Assembly: GCF_009914755.1 (NCBI RefSeq)
Contig: NC_060925.1
DNA from: the human T2T-CHM13v2.0 reference genome, Homo sapiens
Length of the DNA: 64,000 nt
Strand: one strand, 5' to 3'
The translations under genes were made by a program, and so were the position numbers. The notes beneath the pieces were generated by a model that had not been told where the DNA came from, made no database searches, and was given only the letters and a program-made list of their open reading frames with translations. Below are positions 44,030-57,890 of this stretch, piece after piece. Each line of letters begins with the position of its first letter. Positions within the stretch are counted from its first letter, which is position 1.

Positions 44030-44804
44030 TAGGTTGCATTGTGTTTCTCCATGTGTTAGTCTGTTCTTCACACTGCTAGTAAAGACATACCTGAGACTGG
44101 GTAATTTATAAAAGAAAGAGGTTTAATGGACTCACAGATCCACGTGGCTGGGGGGAGCTTCACAATCATGGCAGAAGATAAAGGAAGAGCAAAATGACAT
44201 CTTACATGGTGGCAGGCAAGAGAGCATATGCAAGGGAACTCCCATTTATAAAACCATCATATCTTGTGAGACTTAATTCACTACAAGAACAGTATGGAGG
44301 AACAGCCTCCATGATTCAATTATCTCCACCTGGCCCTGCTTTTGACACATGGGAATTATTACAATTCAACGGGAGATTTGGGTGAGGACACATCTAAACC
44401 ATATCACTCCAAAAGTTAAGTATATGGAAATTCTAATCTTCAGTGCTTCAGAATTTGACCGTATTGGATATAGGTTATTACAGATGTAATTGGTTAAGAT
44501 AAGGTCATGCTGGAGTAGGGCAAGTTTTTAATCCAATGACTGATGTCCTTACAATGACTGACGTGATGACAGTTGGAGACTGGGGAGTTGCATCTACAAG
44601 GATACATCAAGGAGTGCCAGCAAACACCAGAAGCTAGAAGAGGCAAGGAAAGATTCTATTCTATAGGTTTTAGAGGGAGTGTGGCCATGCTTACATATTG
44701 ACTTCAAACTTTTATCCTCCAGAACAATTTGTCAATACATTTCTGTTTTTATAACTCACCTAGTTTGTGGTATTTTATTACAACAGCCCTAGGAAACTAA
44801 TACA
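44030..44804 (+). mobile_element. MLT1B/C LTR split by a THE1C-like LTR
   Basis: cagatgtaattggttaagataaggtcat...gaagctagaagaggcaagg...ggaaactaataca. Confidence 0.85.
44052..44406 (-). mobile_element. THE1C-like solo LTR
   Basis: Complete LTR with perfect 5-bp TSD CTCCA at 44047-44051 and 44407-44411. Confidence 0.93.
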
Positions 44805-46091
44805 ATGAGTACTTAGCCAATCTTGAGGACAATGCATTTTGATATTTTTTTTTTTTTGGTCAATGTGCTCCAAGAGCTATTTAAACATAGGCAATAGGAT
44901 AGACTGAATAGACAATGGAAGTTATAAGACTGAGATAGGAGTATATCAGCATTGGAGGCGGCTTCACTTCCTCACCTTCCAGACAAATGCGGTTCCTCTC
45001 TTTCATGTTCTCACGTAACATGTTGCTCCTTCAAGGACACATGAAATCCAAGTAAGGCTCACCTGAGACACATCTACTCTCCAGGTTCCTGGCCATACAG
45101 AATTCTGTGTGTGGAAAATTATAGAACCAATATTATAAGAACAGAGGCTGTAACCTCTGAATATACTAAGCAAATAAACATGACCATAAAAACAAAGATA
45201 AAAACAAACTCTGTAATACCCTGTAATGTCCTCATGAGAGTCACTGCTCATGAGTTTCATAACAGTCAGTAAGACACACATGACCCCTTTACTCAGGAAG
45301 CTTGTTGTGAAAATAATTTGAAAGATAAATTCCTATTTCAATGGAAAAAATAATAATGAACCAAAACCACACAAGTTCCTAAACAACTGTTTCTTTTGCT
45401 GCCTTTTGGAGACAAGAAAACAATAGATTCCTATACACTTTTTAAAATAACATGCTTTTATTTGGAAATTTAAAACCTTAAGATTGTTCATTGAATTATG
45501 TATGTCTCCATCATAAAAACTCATCATTATGTGTAGGACTTTGACATTTTTGTAAAATGGAGAAATCTCATAATGTCATCTAGTGACTATTGAATATTGT
45601 TCTATATTAACAAGAAATTATTCATGAATTAGTATTTCCTAGGAAATTCTTTTTAATATTATAACATTTCTGATAATGATGTTATTTTAATAAGAAATTC
45701 AATGTCTCTGTCATTGAGAAACATTAGATGATTAGTGAAATTCACTTATTCTTTACAAAAGTCACTTTTATGTACCATTTTCTTCTTTTCTGTGAAGTCT
45801 TCTGATTATTTCCTGGGATTTGCAAAATGGGCTCTAATTTTAGTGTTAGAGGTATTGTCATATTGGAATAAAGAAAAAAATAGAAAAACTCATCAGTATT
45901 TTAACTTTTATTTTAATTATCCAAATGTGAGTTTGAACTCCTAATATTTCATTTAGTAGCTATAGTAATTTCAGTAACTCCACAATAAAAATAGGTGCAT
46001 ATAATAACACATCATTTCAAAGAGGCCCTTCTATCATGTGCCTAGAGGCCTAGATATACTGTGTCACAAAGACACACCCATGATTTCTGCT

Positions 46092-46389
46092 TTTTTTTTT
46101 TTTTTTTGAGTAATGGTTTCATTCTGCCACCTAGGCTGTAGTGCAATGGCATGATCACAGCTCATTGCACCCTTGAACTCCTGGCCTCAAGTTATCCTCC
46201 CACCTCTGCCTCCTAAGTAGCTGAGACAACAGGCACATGCCACCATTTAAAAAATTTTTTAAACTTTTTTGTAGAGATGGGGTCCCCTTGTGTTGCCCAG
46301 GCTGGTCTGGAACTCCTGGGCTCAAGTCATCCTCCTGCCTTGGCCTCCCAAAATGCTGGGTTGACAGCCATGAGCTATCTTATGCCCAG
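46092..46389 (-). mobile_element. AluJ
   Basis: Antisense Alu; TSD atgatt(t/c)ctgct. Confidence 0.93.
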
Positions 46390-46427
46390 ATGATTCCTGC
46401 TCTTATAGAGTTGGTATTGGTGTCCTC

Positions 46428-46490
46428 TGTCCTTCCCCTTGGGGGTGGCATGGGGGCCTTGTCATTCCCCTTGAGGGTGGCATGGGGGCC
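46428..46490. repeat. GC-rich tandem duplication, period 32
   Basis: tgtc(c/a)ttccccttg(g/a)gggtggcatgggggcc twice. Confidence 0.92.
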
Positions 46491-46496
46491 CTTTTG

Positions 46497-46847
<351 letters not shown>

Positions 46848-47129
46848 CTATTCTTAAAATCAAGTAAGAAAGATTAAAGATAAAAGGAAATGATCTGGAA
46901 AAGTAGTGAAGTGAAAATTCGGTCAGAAAAGGAAGGAAGTAGATGTGTGCTATGTGTATAACCCTGCTGTTAATGTGACGAGTTTTGTATGCTGAATGCT
47001 CTGTGTTCTATGTTACTATTTACCTTCACTTAAGACAGATTTCTAATATATTTAAAAGGTTCTGGAGACTCAGGCATATATATGTTTATATATGTTGGGT
47101 AATTAGAACTGTGACATCTCTTAAATATA

Positions 47130-47574
47130 CAATTGACCATTGAACAACACATGTTGGAACTTCATGGGTCCATACATGGATTTTCTTCTGCCTCTGACAT
47201 TGCTGAGACAGCAAGACCAACCCCTACTCTTCCTTCTCCTCCTTCGCAGCATACTCAATGTGAAGGTGACCAAAATGAAGAGCTTTATGATGATCCCCTT
47301 CCACTTGATGAATAGTAATACATTTCCTCTTCCTTATGATTTTCATAGTAACATTTTCCTTTCTCTAGTTTACTTTATTGTGGTAATACAGAATATAATA
47401 CATATACAAAGTATGTGTTAATTGACTGTTTATGTTATCTGTAAGACTTCTGGCCAACAATAGGCTCTTAGTAGTTAAGTTTTGGGGGAGTCAAAAGTGA
47501 TATGCAGATTTTATCTTATGAAAATCCAGGGTGTGAAGGGATTGGCCCCCAACCCCTGGTTCAAGGGTCAACTG
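47130..47574 (+). mobile_element. Tigger2a (TcMar-Tigger) DNA transposon fossil
   Basis: TIRs caattgaccattgaac / gttcaagggtcaactg, left TA target site, internal gagacagcaagaccaacccc. Confidence 0.9.
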
Positions 47575-49172
47575 AGTATCTAGGTTGGCTTATATAGTTC
47601 ATATATTTTCTTCTTGTAATATTTAAGTTTTTTTTCCACCAAACTTCTCCTCTACTTATTTCCTCATACAAAATAATTAAAAATACTCCAAGAAAACAAA
47701 AGGTGCTTTGTTCTTTATTTCTCCAAAGCATTTAGCATAAAGTAATCTGTGTGGCAGTCTCTCAATATCTTAGCTGAATAAATGATATGCTTGCAACCTA
47801 GTAGGCTTTAAATAAATGTTTTTTTGAATTGCATCACAATTCTTCAGGGTTCTAGATTCTATGGAAACCAGCGTGTCTCTGTCCTACTTTCTTGGTTAAG
47901 ATATTGGCAGTGTAAACTGAAATATGTCTGTGTTGTTAAAATCATCATGAACACTTTATTCCAGTCTTACAGTACACAGGAAGAAAATATCCACTTGTTC
48001 ATGGTTTCCGTGAAGACTGATCTTAACCAAGTCACTTCCCATTATTTTATCACAATTTATTGGCTTTACATATTTTCATTTATGTTCCTTAACATGAATC
48101 AAAATAACTTCAGGAGACTGTTTCTCCCAGGTGTAACTCTTTGCACAGTGAGAAATTTATTAATCTACTCCAAGGTCCCTGGGATGTTTCATTATACTAA
48201 TTCAAAGTAGTAGACTTGTTCTGTCTTTATGTGAAAAGAAATCATTTAAGAAAATTTGCCCTTTTAATTAGTTAAAATGCATTAACTGTAATGGAGATTT
48301 TTCTCTAATTCGTAGTGGAAGTTTCATTCTAACAATAAGGAAAAAATACCAGTTGTTATATGCATTGATTTATTATTTCTTATAACAGAAACCAATGCTC
48401 AGTAGATGTTTATATAATATGTCTTTCATAAAAAGTATTATGTCTCTACAAACTATATGACTCAAATAGATTCCAAATAGAACTATGAGGCTCATAGCAC
48501 AAAGAAAACTTATAAGAATTTTCAGTGCTCATTATTCTTCTCCTAGATAGAAGAGAGTAAGTAGCATTACTGAATATAGTTCAGCAATATTATACTATTG
48601 CAACAGAACTAATGACTTAATAGAGGTATTAATTGTCTTAAAATGTATAAAATTATAAATTTTTTGAGTTACATTATTTCTTGGCATTCTTCGAATCTAA
48701 GCCTATTGTTTTGGTAGATGGGGAAAATATTACTGAGCTCGAAATACTCAGCTCATGCATTCAACCCAATGCAATCAGTGATGACAGGCATAGCAGGAAC
48801 ACAGGATAAAGGAACAGCTTATGCTGAAGGAATAAATGCTTCAGCAGCTTTTTTCAAGAAGAAGAAGAGGTTTATGAAAGTGCCTACCCAGAACCAGATG
48901 ACTAGTGTTTCCAGGAGTGAAAATGATGTGGAGATGAGGAAGAAGTGATTTAGAACTACCTTTGTCAATTTGGGCTGCTATATAAAAAACCACCATCAAC
49001 TGGATGGCTTACACCCAACAGAAGTTTATTTCTCATAGTTCTGGAGGTGAGAGAGTCCAAGGTCAAGGTGCCAGCTAACTATGTGTCTGGTGAACCTGTT
49101 TCCTGGTTCTTAAATGGTACCATCTTCCTCCGTCTTCACTGGCAGAAGTGGCAGATGAGCTCTCTGGGGCCT

Positions 49173-49548
<376 letters not shown>

Positions 49549-50144
49549 TAAATGAATATCACTAGATTTTAGATGTATGTTAATGGCAAGTAGTTTTACA
49601 TTTGAATCTAAGGCATTATTTATAAGGCATATCCTGTGAGATAATAAATAGGAAGTTCCCTATTATATATTTTACAGTCTTTCTGAATTGTGTGCATGTA
49701 AGACCAAGAATATATGAATCAATAAGTCATGATTATTTATGCTAGTTATTCAGACTGGAGTAGTGTTGGCTTTGAACCACAGAGCCACTCTAGAAATGGC
49801 TGCTGATAAAAAACTGTATAAAAGGCCATCTGGATTTAGCCTTTAGACTTTGGGAACTGACAGTATCCCACTTTGTTGTCAGTGCTTCAATCATTGCCTT
49901 TGACCACTGTCTTACCTAGGATGGTGACGATTCTCCAATTTGGTACAGCACCTACTTCTTAAAGCTTTTTCAAATTTGTAACATATATGATATGGTGCAT
50001 TGCCACAGCAAAAAAATAAAACAAAAAGGACTACTTGTAGAACATTAGTGAGTGTATCAGCAAATAACCATATGCACTTTTTGGGGTGATGTAATCACCT
50101 TCCAAAGGTCTTACCTTCTAATGCCAACACATTGGTGATTAGGT

Positions 50145-50280
50145 TTTTCTTTTTAAAAAAAAATTAGTATTTTTTTGTTTGTTTGTTTTAGAGACAGGGT
50201 ATCTCTCTGCAGCCCAGGCTGGACTACAGTGGTGCAGTCATAACTCAGTGTAACCATGAACTCCTGAGCTCAAGAGATAT
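50145..50280 (-). mobile_element. 5'-truncated AluJ right-arm fragment
   Basis: tttagagacagggt...cccaggctgga...gaactcctgagctcaag. Confidence 0.85.
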
Positions 50281-50498
50281 TGTTTAGACTTCAACATGTG
50301 AATTTTGGGGGGACCATTCTTCAGACCAAAGCAAGAACCAAAAGACAAAATACAGTGCAAGCCATAGTGATAGCAGAGCAGATAGAGCAGTGAAATAACA
50401 GAGAAGCCTTTTTGTTAGGTATCTAGGGGAGATTGATAGAAGTTTCTCCTAGAGAAGGGGGTTTCCTGTTTGTTCAACCATGTAAAAGACATAAAAGG

Positions 50499-50843
50499 GT
50501 CTTGGTGTGTTTTGTGCTGCTATAAGAGAATACTTGAAACTGGGTAATTTATAAAGAACATTTATTTCTCATCGTTTTGGAAGCTGGCAAGTCCAAGACC
50601 AAGGTACTGGCAGGTTTGGACATTGGTTCCAAAATTGGGACTTGTTGCTACATGCTCCAGAGGGGAGGCATTCTGTGTTCTCACATGGCAGAAGAGGGAA
50701 ATCCACTCCTGCAAGTCCTTCTTATAATGGCATTACTCTATGAATGGAGGCAGAGCCCTCATGACCTAAACACCTCCTAAAAGGCCCCACCTCCCAACAA
50801 GTTTCCAACACATGAATTTTGGAGGTCTCATTCAGATAATAGA
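50499..50843 (-). mobile_element. MST-type solo LTR
   Basis: tgctgctataa...actgggtaatttataaagaa...ccctcatgacctaaacacctcc. Confidence 0.85.
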
Positions 50844-51329
50844 AAAGGCAAATCATGTCTGGAAAATTAAATGTACTTTTAAGCATAAAAATTCTCCACT
50901 TTTAGCCAAGTAAAAGAGGTTTTTGTTTTTTGTTTGTTTGTTTTCCCCAAAGGAACTAAATCTACCTTTCTCTTAAAATATCAGGCTTGTGTACAATGAG
51001 ATCATCATTTTTGAAACTATTTCTTACCTGGTGTGTATGTGTATTCTGGGCACTAAAGTCTTGACTGAAATTGTAAGTTACGACCCATCTGATAATTGAA
51101 TATCGTATTATACACTGGAGGTGGCATAGAATGGTTCAGCTAGGAGTAAATATGCTGTGATATATTAAGTTCATTCCTACATATATATCCCCAAGGAACT
51201 GCTTGAACATATCAACAACAACAACAAAAATGTACAAATTGAAGAATTATGTGTGGTAGCCAGGAGGGAAGGTTGGTTTTCAGAAAATGGTGCTGAGTGA
51301 AAAATAAATAGGAGAAAGAGAATGAGATT

Positions 51330-51721
51330 TGCCTTTGTCCATTTTGTGTTGCTATAACAGAATATCATAGACTGGGTAATTTATAAACAGTTAAAGTTTA
51401 TTTGACTCATGGTTCTGGAAGCTGTGAAGTTCAAGAGCATAGCCCTAGCATCTGGTGAATTCCTTCATGCTGCGTCATTCCATGGCAGAAGGTGGAAGAG
51501 CAAGAGAGGGTGAGAGCAAAAGAGCAAGGGGTACCTGAACTTCCTTTTTTAGCAATCTAGTCTAGTAATAACTAACCCATTCCCATGAGGACATCGATCC
51601 ATTCATGAGGGCTCTATGCTCATGACCTAATTACTTCTTATTGGCCCATTCCTCAACATTGTTACATCAGGGATTAAGTTTCCAACATATAAACTTTGGG
51701 GGACACATTTAAACCATAGCA
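51330..51721 (-). mobile_element. MST-type solo LTR
   Basis: Complete LTR ending aaaccatagca; TSD agat(t/c). Confidence 0.88.
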
Positions 51722-51863
51722 AGATCTACAATAAAATTTGCACAAATCAGATAAACACATGTTCCATATATTTTGCAAATTCAGTTGTATGTATTGAATG
51801 TATTAGGCATTTACCTCTGTCTGAGAGGGTTTGGAGATGTGAGTGAGTTAAAAACAAATAAGT

Positions 51864-52180
51864 GGCAGGGCGTGGTGGCTCATGCCTGTAATCCCAGCAC
51901 TTTGGGAGGCCAAGGTGGGCAGATCACAAGGTCAGGAGATCAAGACCATCCCGGCTAACACAGTGAAACCCCGTCTCTACTAAAAATACAAAAAATTAGC
52001 CGGGCGTGGTGGCAGGGTCCTGTAGACCCAGCTACTCAGGAGGCTGAGGCAGGAGAATGGCGTGAACCCAGGAGGTGGAGCTTGCAGTGAGCCGAGATCG
52101 CGCCACTGTACTCCAGCCTGGGCGACAGAGCAAGACCCTGTCTCAAAAAAATAAATTAAATAAATAAATAAATAAATAAA
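51864..52180 (+). mobile_element. AluY with (TAAA)n tail
   Basis: gagatcaagaccatcccggctaa, gaatggcgtgaaccc and ggagcttgcag diagnostics. Confidence 0.96.
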
Positions 52181-52801
52181 TGAGTAAAAAATGAGCAATA
52201 AGTATGGTAAAAAAATCGATAACTGCAAGAAATTGAGGAATATATGTTTTTTCCAACTTTAATATCTTAAGTCAAAAGAACATAAGGTAGAAAGAAAAAG
52301 AGAAGAAAGGAGGGAAGACAGGACGAAAAAGGAAGGAAGTTTTGTAGTATATTGATGGATTCCTTCACTGTAGAACAAGATAAATTGGAAGATGCTAAAC
52401 ATGCTCTACGGAATTTTACAGTTTACTGAACAGTTAATAAGAAGGCCATAAGTATTCATTGTCTTCACTCCCTTGACCTTGCCTGCCTATCTTCCTTCCC
52501 ATAAAATAAACTACAAACAATCCTTTTTCAATCATTATTGAAAAGGAAACGGAAGCATATTAAAGAGATATGTGCGTCTAAGGCTGAGCCATTTCTCTAG
52601 GAGAAGCATGTGCTGTCATTTGCTGATAATGTTCTACATGTGATGCCACATTTTCCAATTTGCTAAAAATTTGTTTAACATTTGCAATTTATAATGTTTA
52701 AGGAGCACGTTTACCCGATTAGAGAATATACCTATGGACAGCTCAGAATTCAAACAACTGAAAAAACAGATTTTGGCTTATTTAGAAAAATTTAAAATAT
52801 A

Positions 52802-52978
52802 GAGCTGGGCATGGTGGCTCATGCTGGTAATCCTAGCCCTTTGGGAGGCAGGGGGATCAATTGTGCCTAGGAGGTTGAGGCTGCAGTGAGCTACGATTGT
52901 GCCACTGCACTCTAGCCTGGATGACCCTGCCTCTAAGAAAACGAAACAAAACAAAACAAAACAAAACAAAACAAAACA
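52802..52978 (+). mobile_element. Alu monomer (FRAM/FAM-like) with (CAAAA)n tail
   Basis: Single right-arm-type monomer with gaggttgaggctgcagtgagctacgatt. Confidence 0.85.
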
Positions 52979-53090
52979 GCAATCCAGAAAGCCCCATGCA
53001 AAACTGTATACTTGCAAGCTCTGACCATGCAAAATAAAATACAATTGAGGAAATTATTTGGAGCATATAGATAGAAAATGTACTGAAGGA

Positions 53091-53488
53091 TGTAGTGCCC
53101 TGTCCTTTTCTCCCTTCAGGATGAAGGTGCTTGTTCTCCTGCGACTGGCTGGCTAGGAATCCCTCTGTGGAGTCCTACTCTAGGCATTGCGTTGACTAAA
53201 GGGGGCTGCCTCCTTGAGGGAGGCCCCCACCCTAAGCAGCTTGCATCCAAAAGCTTGGTTCTGTGAGGTCCACATCTTCACACCTAAGGGAAGAACAACT
53301 CTGAGGGGCTTTTCCAGATGGTCTCTGCTGAAGCTGTTGTGAGGCCTTCATGAAGCCCTGCATCCAAGCTCAACTTTCTCTCCTGCTAATTTTCTTCTCC
53401 CAGGTTGATCCCGAGTGCTGCCCCATTAAGGCCACTACACCTGATTCTCCATGGACTCTGTTTCCCATGGGGGAACTGGAACTAAATA
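53091..53488 (+). mobile_element. LTR16-like (ERVL) LTR
   Basis: cccttcaggatgaagg...caggttgatcccgag...ctctgtttccc...aactaaata. Confidence 0.65.
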
Positions 53489-53551
53489 ATAATTTAATAA
53501 ATTAATTATAATTTATTATAATTAATAAATTATAATAAAATAATAATAAAA
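53485..53551. repeat. AT-only low-complexity tract
   Basis: ~65 nt with essentially no G or C. Confidence 0.9.
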
Positions 53552-54413
53552 GAAATTCCCAATGATGGAAAAGAAACATTTGAGATGACTAGATGTCTTG
53601 TCACCAACACTGTTATGCTGACTTCGGTTCTGGAAAAGAATGATAATCACAATCATAACAATGATACTACTGCTAACAGAGTTATGGCTTTGTGTTAGGT
53701 ACTGTCTTAAACAATAGAATTACAGAGACTGGTAAGACATGGCCCTTGGCCTAGAGAATCTTAGGATGAGTGAAACTTCTAAACAATTATTTAATGGCAA
53801 ATTTTCTTTTATCTGTGTAGTTGTGTCTTTGGCCTGTTCTCATCACAAGAAAGTTGAGCTAGACCGTGAAATATCTGGAATATATATTAATAAACTGGTA
53901 GGTTTTTCAGTCATCTTTTAAAGCCTGGAATCAGTGGAGAAGATAATTTAAAAATTTATACTTATATTACCTAGAGTGGAATTCCAGCTTTTATTTATTT
54001 TTGTTTTGCCAGCCATAATATGCTATCAAATTACTTTTCATTTAGTAAGTAAGTCCCCATCAGCTTAGGCTGCTAAGACACAGGCAAAATCTTCCAGGGA
54101 ACAAAATATGTATCCTGGATGAATAATTCAGAAGTAATTAAGGTTGAAATATTTGTATCAGGTTTTCTTCCTAAAATCTTGCACTTTGAATGCGTTGCAT
54201 TGCATAAGCACAGAGAATTCCAATGACTTTTTAAAGATTTCTTAAAACGATTTGTTAATGAAAGTACCTCTTTAGGAGATAAAGAGGGAGAAGACCTTAA
54301 TTATAATCTGGTAGAAGAAAAATATATATATGTAACCTAGATACCCTGGGATACAAATAGAAAACAGTATGCTATAATTGATATTACAGTTCTATATCAA
54401 AAACCTTAACTTT

Positions 54414-54907
54414 AAAAATAAGTTTTATTTCAGTATCTTTAGGGGTACAGGTGGTTTTGGTTATGTAGATTAATTTTGTAGTGGTGAAATCTGGGCTCTA
54501 AGTGTACCTGTCACCCAAATAGTGTACATTATACCCAACAGGTAATTTTCCATCCCTTCCCCCCAATCCCCCTTCCCCCTGCTGAGTCTCTAATGTCCAT
54601 TATACCACTCTGTATGCCTTTGCATACCCATAGCCTAGTTCCCACTACAAGTGAGAACATGGAGTATTTGATTTTCCATTTCTGAGTTACGTCGCTTAGG
54701 AAAATGGCCTCCAGTTCTGTATAAGTCACTGCAAATGATATTATTTTGTTTTTCTATGGCCCAGTAATATTCCATGGTGTATATGTACCATATTTTGTTT
54801 ATCCACTCATTGGCTGATGAGCACTTAAGTTGATTCCATATCTTTGCAATTGTGAATTGTGCTGCAATAAGCATATGTGAGCAGATGTCATTTTTATATA
54901 ATGAATT
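54414..54907 (-). mobile_element. 5'-truncated L1 (L1PA16/L1PB-type 3' end)
   Basis: ORF2 C-terminus MLIAAQFTIAKIWNQLKCSS.NEWINKIWYIYTMEYY; TSD tcaaaaaccttaacttt / tcaaaaacattaaattt (15 of 17 match). Confidence 0.92.
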
Positions 54908-54999
54908 TCAAAAACATTAAATTTATCAAAGATACGTGATTTCAAAAAATGGAACCCAGTCAGTTTATCAGTAGAATAGAAAATAAGTCAGTAAATTTC

Positions 55000-56104
55000 A
55001 GACACCTCTGGATGTGGGACTAGATTGATCTTCCTGCTGAATTTACAGATGTGAAGGGGATGATCAAATTGGCTGAGTTGACTGATTCTCACTGTCAAGG
55101 GCAAATTCAAGAGGGATTGGGGGCACAACAAGGAGGAGTCTCTCAAATGTTGAAGATCATCAGGAGTCCTCAGAGAGCCCTGTTGTCCCATGGTAACTGT
55201 ATTAGTCCATTTTCGCGCTGCCGATAAAGACATACCTGAGGCTGGGTGATTTATACTGAAAAAGAGGTTTAATGGACTCACAGTTCCACGTGGCTGGGAA
55301 GGCCTCACAATCAGGGTGGAAGACAAAACGCACTTCTTACATGGCAGCAGGCAAGACAGAATGAGAGCCAAGCAAGAGCAGTTTCCCCTTATAAAACCGT
55401 CAGCTCTCGTGAGACTTATTCACTCCCGTGAAAACAGTATAGGAAAAACCACCCCCATGATTCAATGATCTCCCACTGGGTCCCTCTCGCAATACGTGGG
55501 AATTTGGAAAGCTACAATTCAAGATGAGATTTGGGTGGGGACACAGGCAATCTGTATCAGTAACCATGCCAACAAAGGACACAAATCCTCAAGAGTAAAG
55601 GTTTGGGTCACCCCAGCTGGCAGCAAACCACAGCATTCCTGCTGAATATAAAAGGAACATGGAATGGGTAGAAGAAAATGTGGTAACTTCATCAATATTC
55701 ATCCAGTTTTAAAACATTTCCAGTTTTTTAAAAAGGCCTAAAATATTTATGAGTATTTTTCCTTCTTATAATACGAATGTAATTGTAAATATATTAACCA
55801 ATTCTTTTTCTCCCCAGCCTCCATTTTCTTTTTATCTAACGTGATGTATTAATAATGGATAACCTTATATTTCAGTATTTAAGATATAGGATAACAAAGG
55901 CAGTGATAACAGCAGTAAACACTAACCAGGGATGGACAAAGTGCATGTTTTCATATCCTCTTTTGGGGGGCATTAGCATGTGTTTGGTCGTATGACGGGT
56001 AGTTGCATCATACTGGGTAAAAGGGTGATTTTGCCAATGTCTCTATCTGGAAGATAAACATGGGTAAAGCAGGTGTTTGTGGATGCCATGTTGATAAGGA
56101 GCAG
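55000..56104 (+). mobile_element. ERVL internal 3' remnant (dUTPase region) leading into an LTR
   Basis: LAELTDSHCQGQI resembles HERVL LAGVIDPDYQGEI; aaggtttgggtcacccc and ggaacatggaatgggtagaagaa are ERVL-int-like. Confidence 0.6.
55198..55559 (-). mobile_element. THE1-family solo LTR
   Basis: Complete LTR with perfect TSD GTAAC at 55193-55197 and 55560-55564. Confidence 0.93.
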
Positions 56105-57045
56105 GTTGTACAGGATTGTCCTGGGCCACCTTGGCTAAGGCTGGAAACTACTTTTCCTAGAACCCCTTTCCCTAAAGATATCTGGATTAGAGAGCCATAA
56201 AGGAAGGGAAGAAGCAGCCACTCACCTCAGAAAGTGAATGTAGGCAGATTCAGCAGGGGACGGCATCTCCCAACACTTTACTCCATGCTCAACTGGCTTT
56301 CCAGCTATGACTCTACTGACCAACAACAACCCCTGGGCTAACCACCAGGCAGACACATGTCAATAAGCCCTAAAGACTGTGGCCACACAGAGGTGGCAAC
56401 TTCTAGGCCTCTCATGAGCTCCCCTTCCCTGTCCCATCTTGGCAGCTAGACATGCTTATGTCTCAGTCTGCTCAGGCTGCTACAATGAAATAGCATAGGC
56501 TGGGTGGCTTAAACAACAGATGTTTCTTTCTCATAGTCCTGGAGGCTGGGAAGTCCAAGGTCAAGGTCCCAACTGATTTGGTTCCTGGTGAGGGCCTGCT
56601 TCCTGGCTCACAAATGGTTGTTTTCTTGTTGAATCCTCACATGGCAGAAAGAGATAGAGAGAGAGAGGGAAGAAAGAAGAGAGGGAGAGCTCTTCTCTTT
56701 TTATCTTCTTATAAGGGGCACTAATTCTATGACGAAGGCTCCATCCTCATGACCTATTTACCTCCCAAAGACCCCACCTCGGAACATCATCACATTGGAG
56801 GTTAGGGTGTTAACATACGAATTTTGAAGAGTCACATTCATCAGTCTATAACGCTCTTGAGATCCCCTGGAAGCCTGATTATTATGTTTCTGATGGATTG
56901 ATTAGTGAGAATTACTCTTATTTCCCGACTCCCCTTCCCAGGTGTTAAGTTCCCCAGCTCCTTTCACCTTTATGTAATGTGTAATTCCTGTAATAAATCT
57001 GCTATTCCCAAAATACCCACAGGGGCTCCAATTCCCGGCTGAAGC
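56105..57045 (+). mobile_element. ERVL LTR (LTR41/52-like) split by an MLT1A LTR
   Basis: ttggctaaggctggaaactacttttcctagaacccc...gaagcagcc...taattcctgtaataaatc; similar to 41126-41812. Confidence 0.6.
56458..56852 (-). mobile_element. MLT1A-type solo LTR
   Basis: tgtctcagtctgctcaggctgctac...ggaggctgggaagtccaagg...cagtctataac. Confidence 0.88.
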
Positions 57046-57649
57046 ATGTGTGAAGCAGGTGGGATGGGAAGAAGCATGGCTACTTTTCAGAGAGGCAAGA
57101 GGTGAGCTGGTCGGGAGAGTTGTCAATATGTTGAGAAGTAGTTAAAAATATGTTTGTGTTTGCCACAGAGTGGGGCTGGATTAGGGAGGACCTTGAAGGA
57201 CGCAGTTAGGCATTAGATTTGGTGGCAAGTCAGAAACCGCCACTGGCCCCTTGACAAGTGAAATAAGAGGGAATCTGTAAAATCATAGGCTAGTGGCTTA
57301 TCTTCCAAATTGGAAAATATGGGAAATATATGGTAGAAAGTTAATATAATCAAGCATATTAACAAAAATCATTGATTTTTTGAAGAGAAATATCAGAAAT
57401 ACTTATTGTGATAAATTGATATAGACATTAGAAATTTCATGAAAAGTTCTCACACTCAAGAGAACATGCAACATGCTCATTTTCTCATATAGAATGCAAG
57501 AGCTTAGAAATATGAAACCAAAGCTTGATAAATGAGCAATTTCTTTTCTAGACAGAGAAATGGGAAAGTTGGTCTTGGGAATACATGCCAAAACTAGGCA
57601 TTTTTCATTTTTATAAATAATAAATAGTAAGCAATGCACCATGATGACA

Positions 57650-57890
57650 CTCCAGTAATGTTTCTCGTGCATCAGAGTATGTCCTATGAGAACCTGTTTC
57701 TAAAAAAAGTGTGTGGGTAAAAGCTATACACTATATTCCACTTTGGGAATTCGCAGTACACCTGAGATATTAGCGTATAAAGGGCTCTGAACAGATGTGC
57801 AGTAGAGAAACCTGTTAATTTTGTCTAACCCGGTAGGTTTTTTTTTCAAGTTTTAAAATGCCCACTTTATTCCATATAACACTTAACCAG
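57650..57890. mobile_element. hAT-Charlie fossil (MER112/MER103-like)
   Basis: aaagggctctga...gcagtagagaaacctgttaattttgtctaaccc. Confidence 0.5.

Noticed and set aside
47824-48946. 128-aa and 76-aa ORFs in non-repeat AT-rich DNA
   Set aside because: No recognisable domain or splice support; length is compatible with chance.
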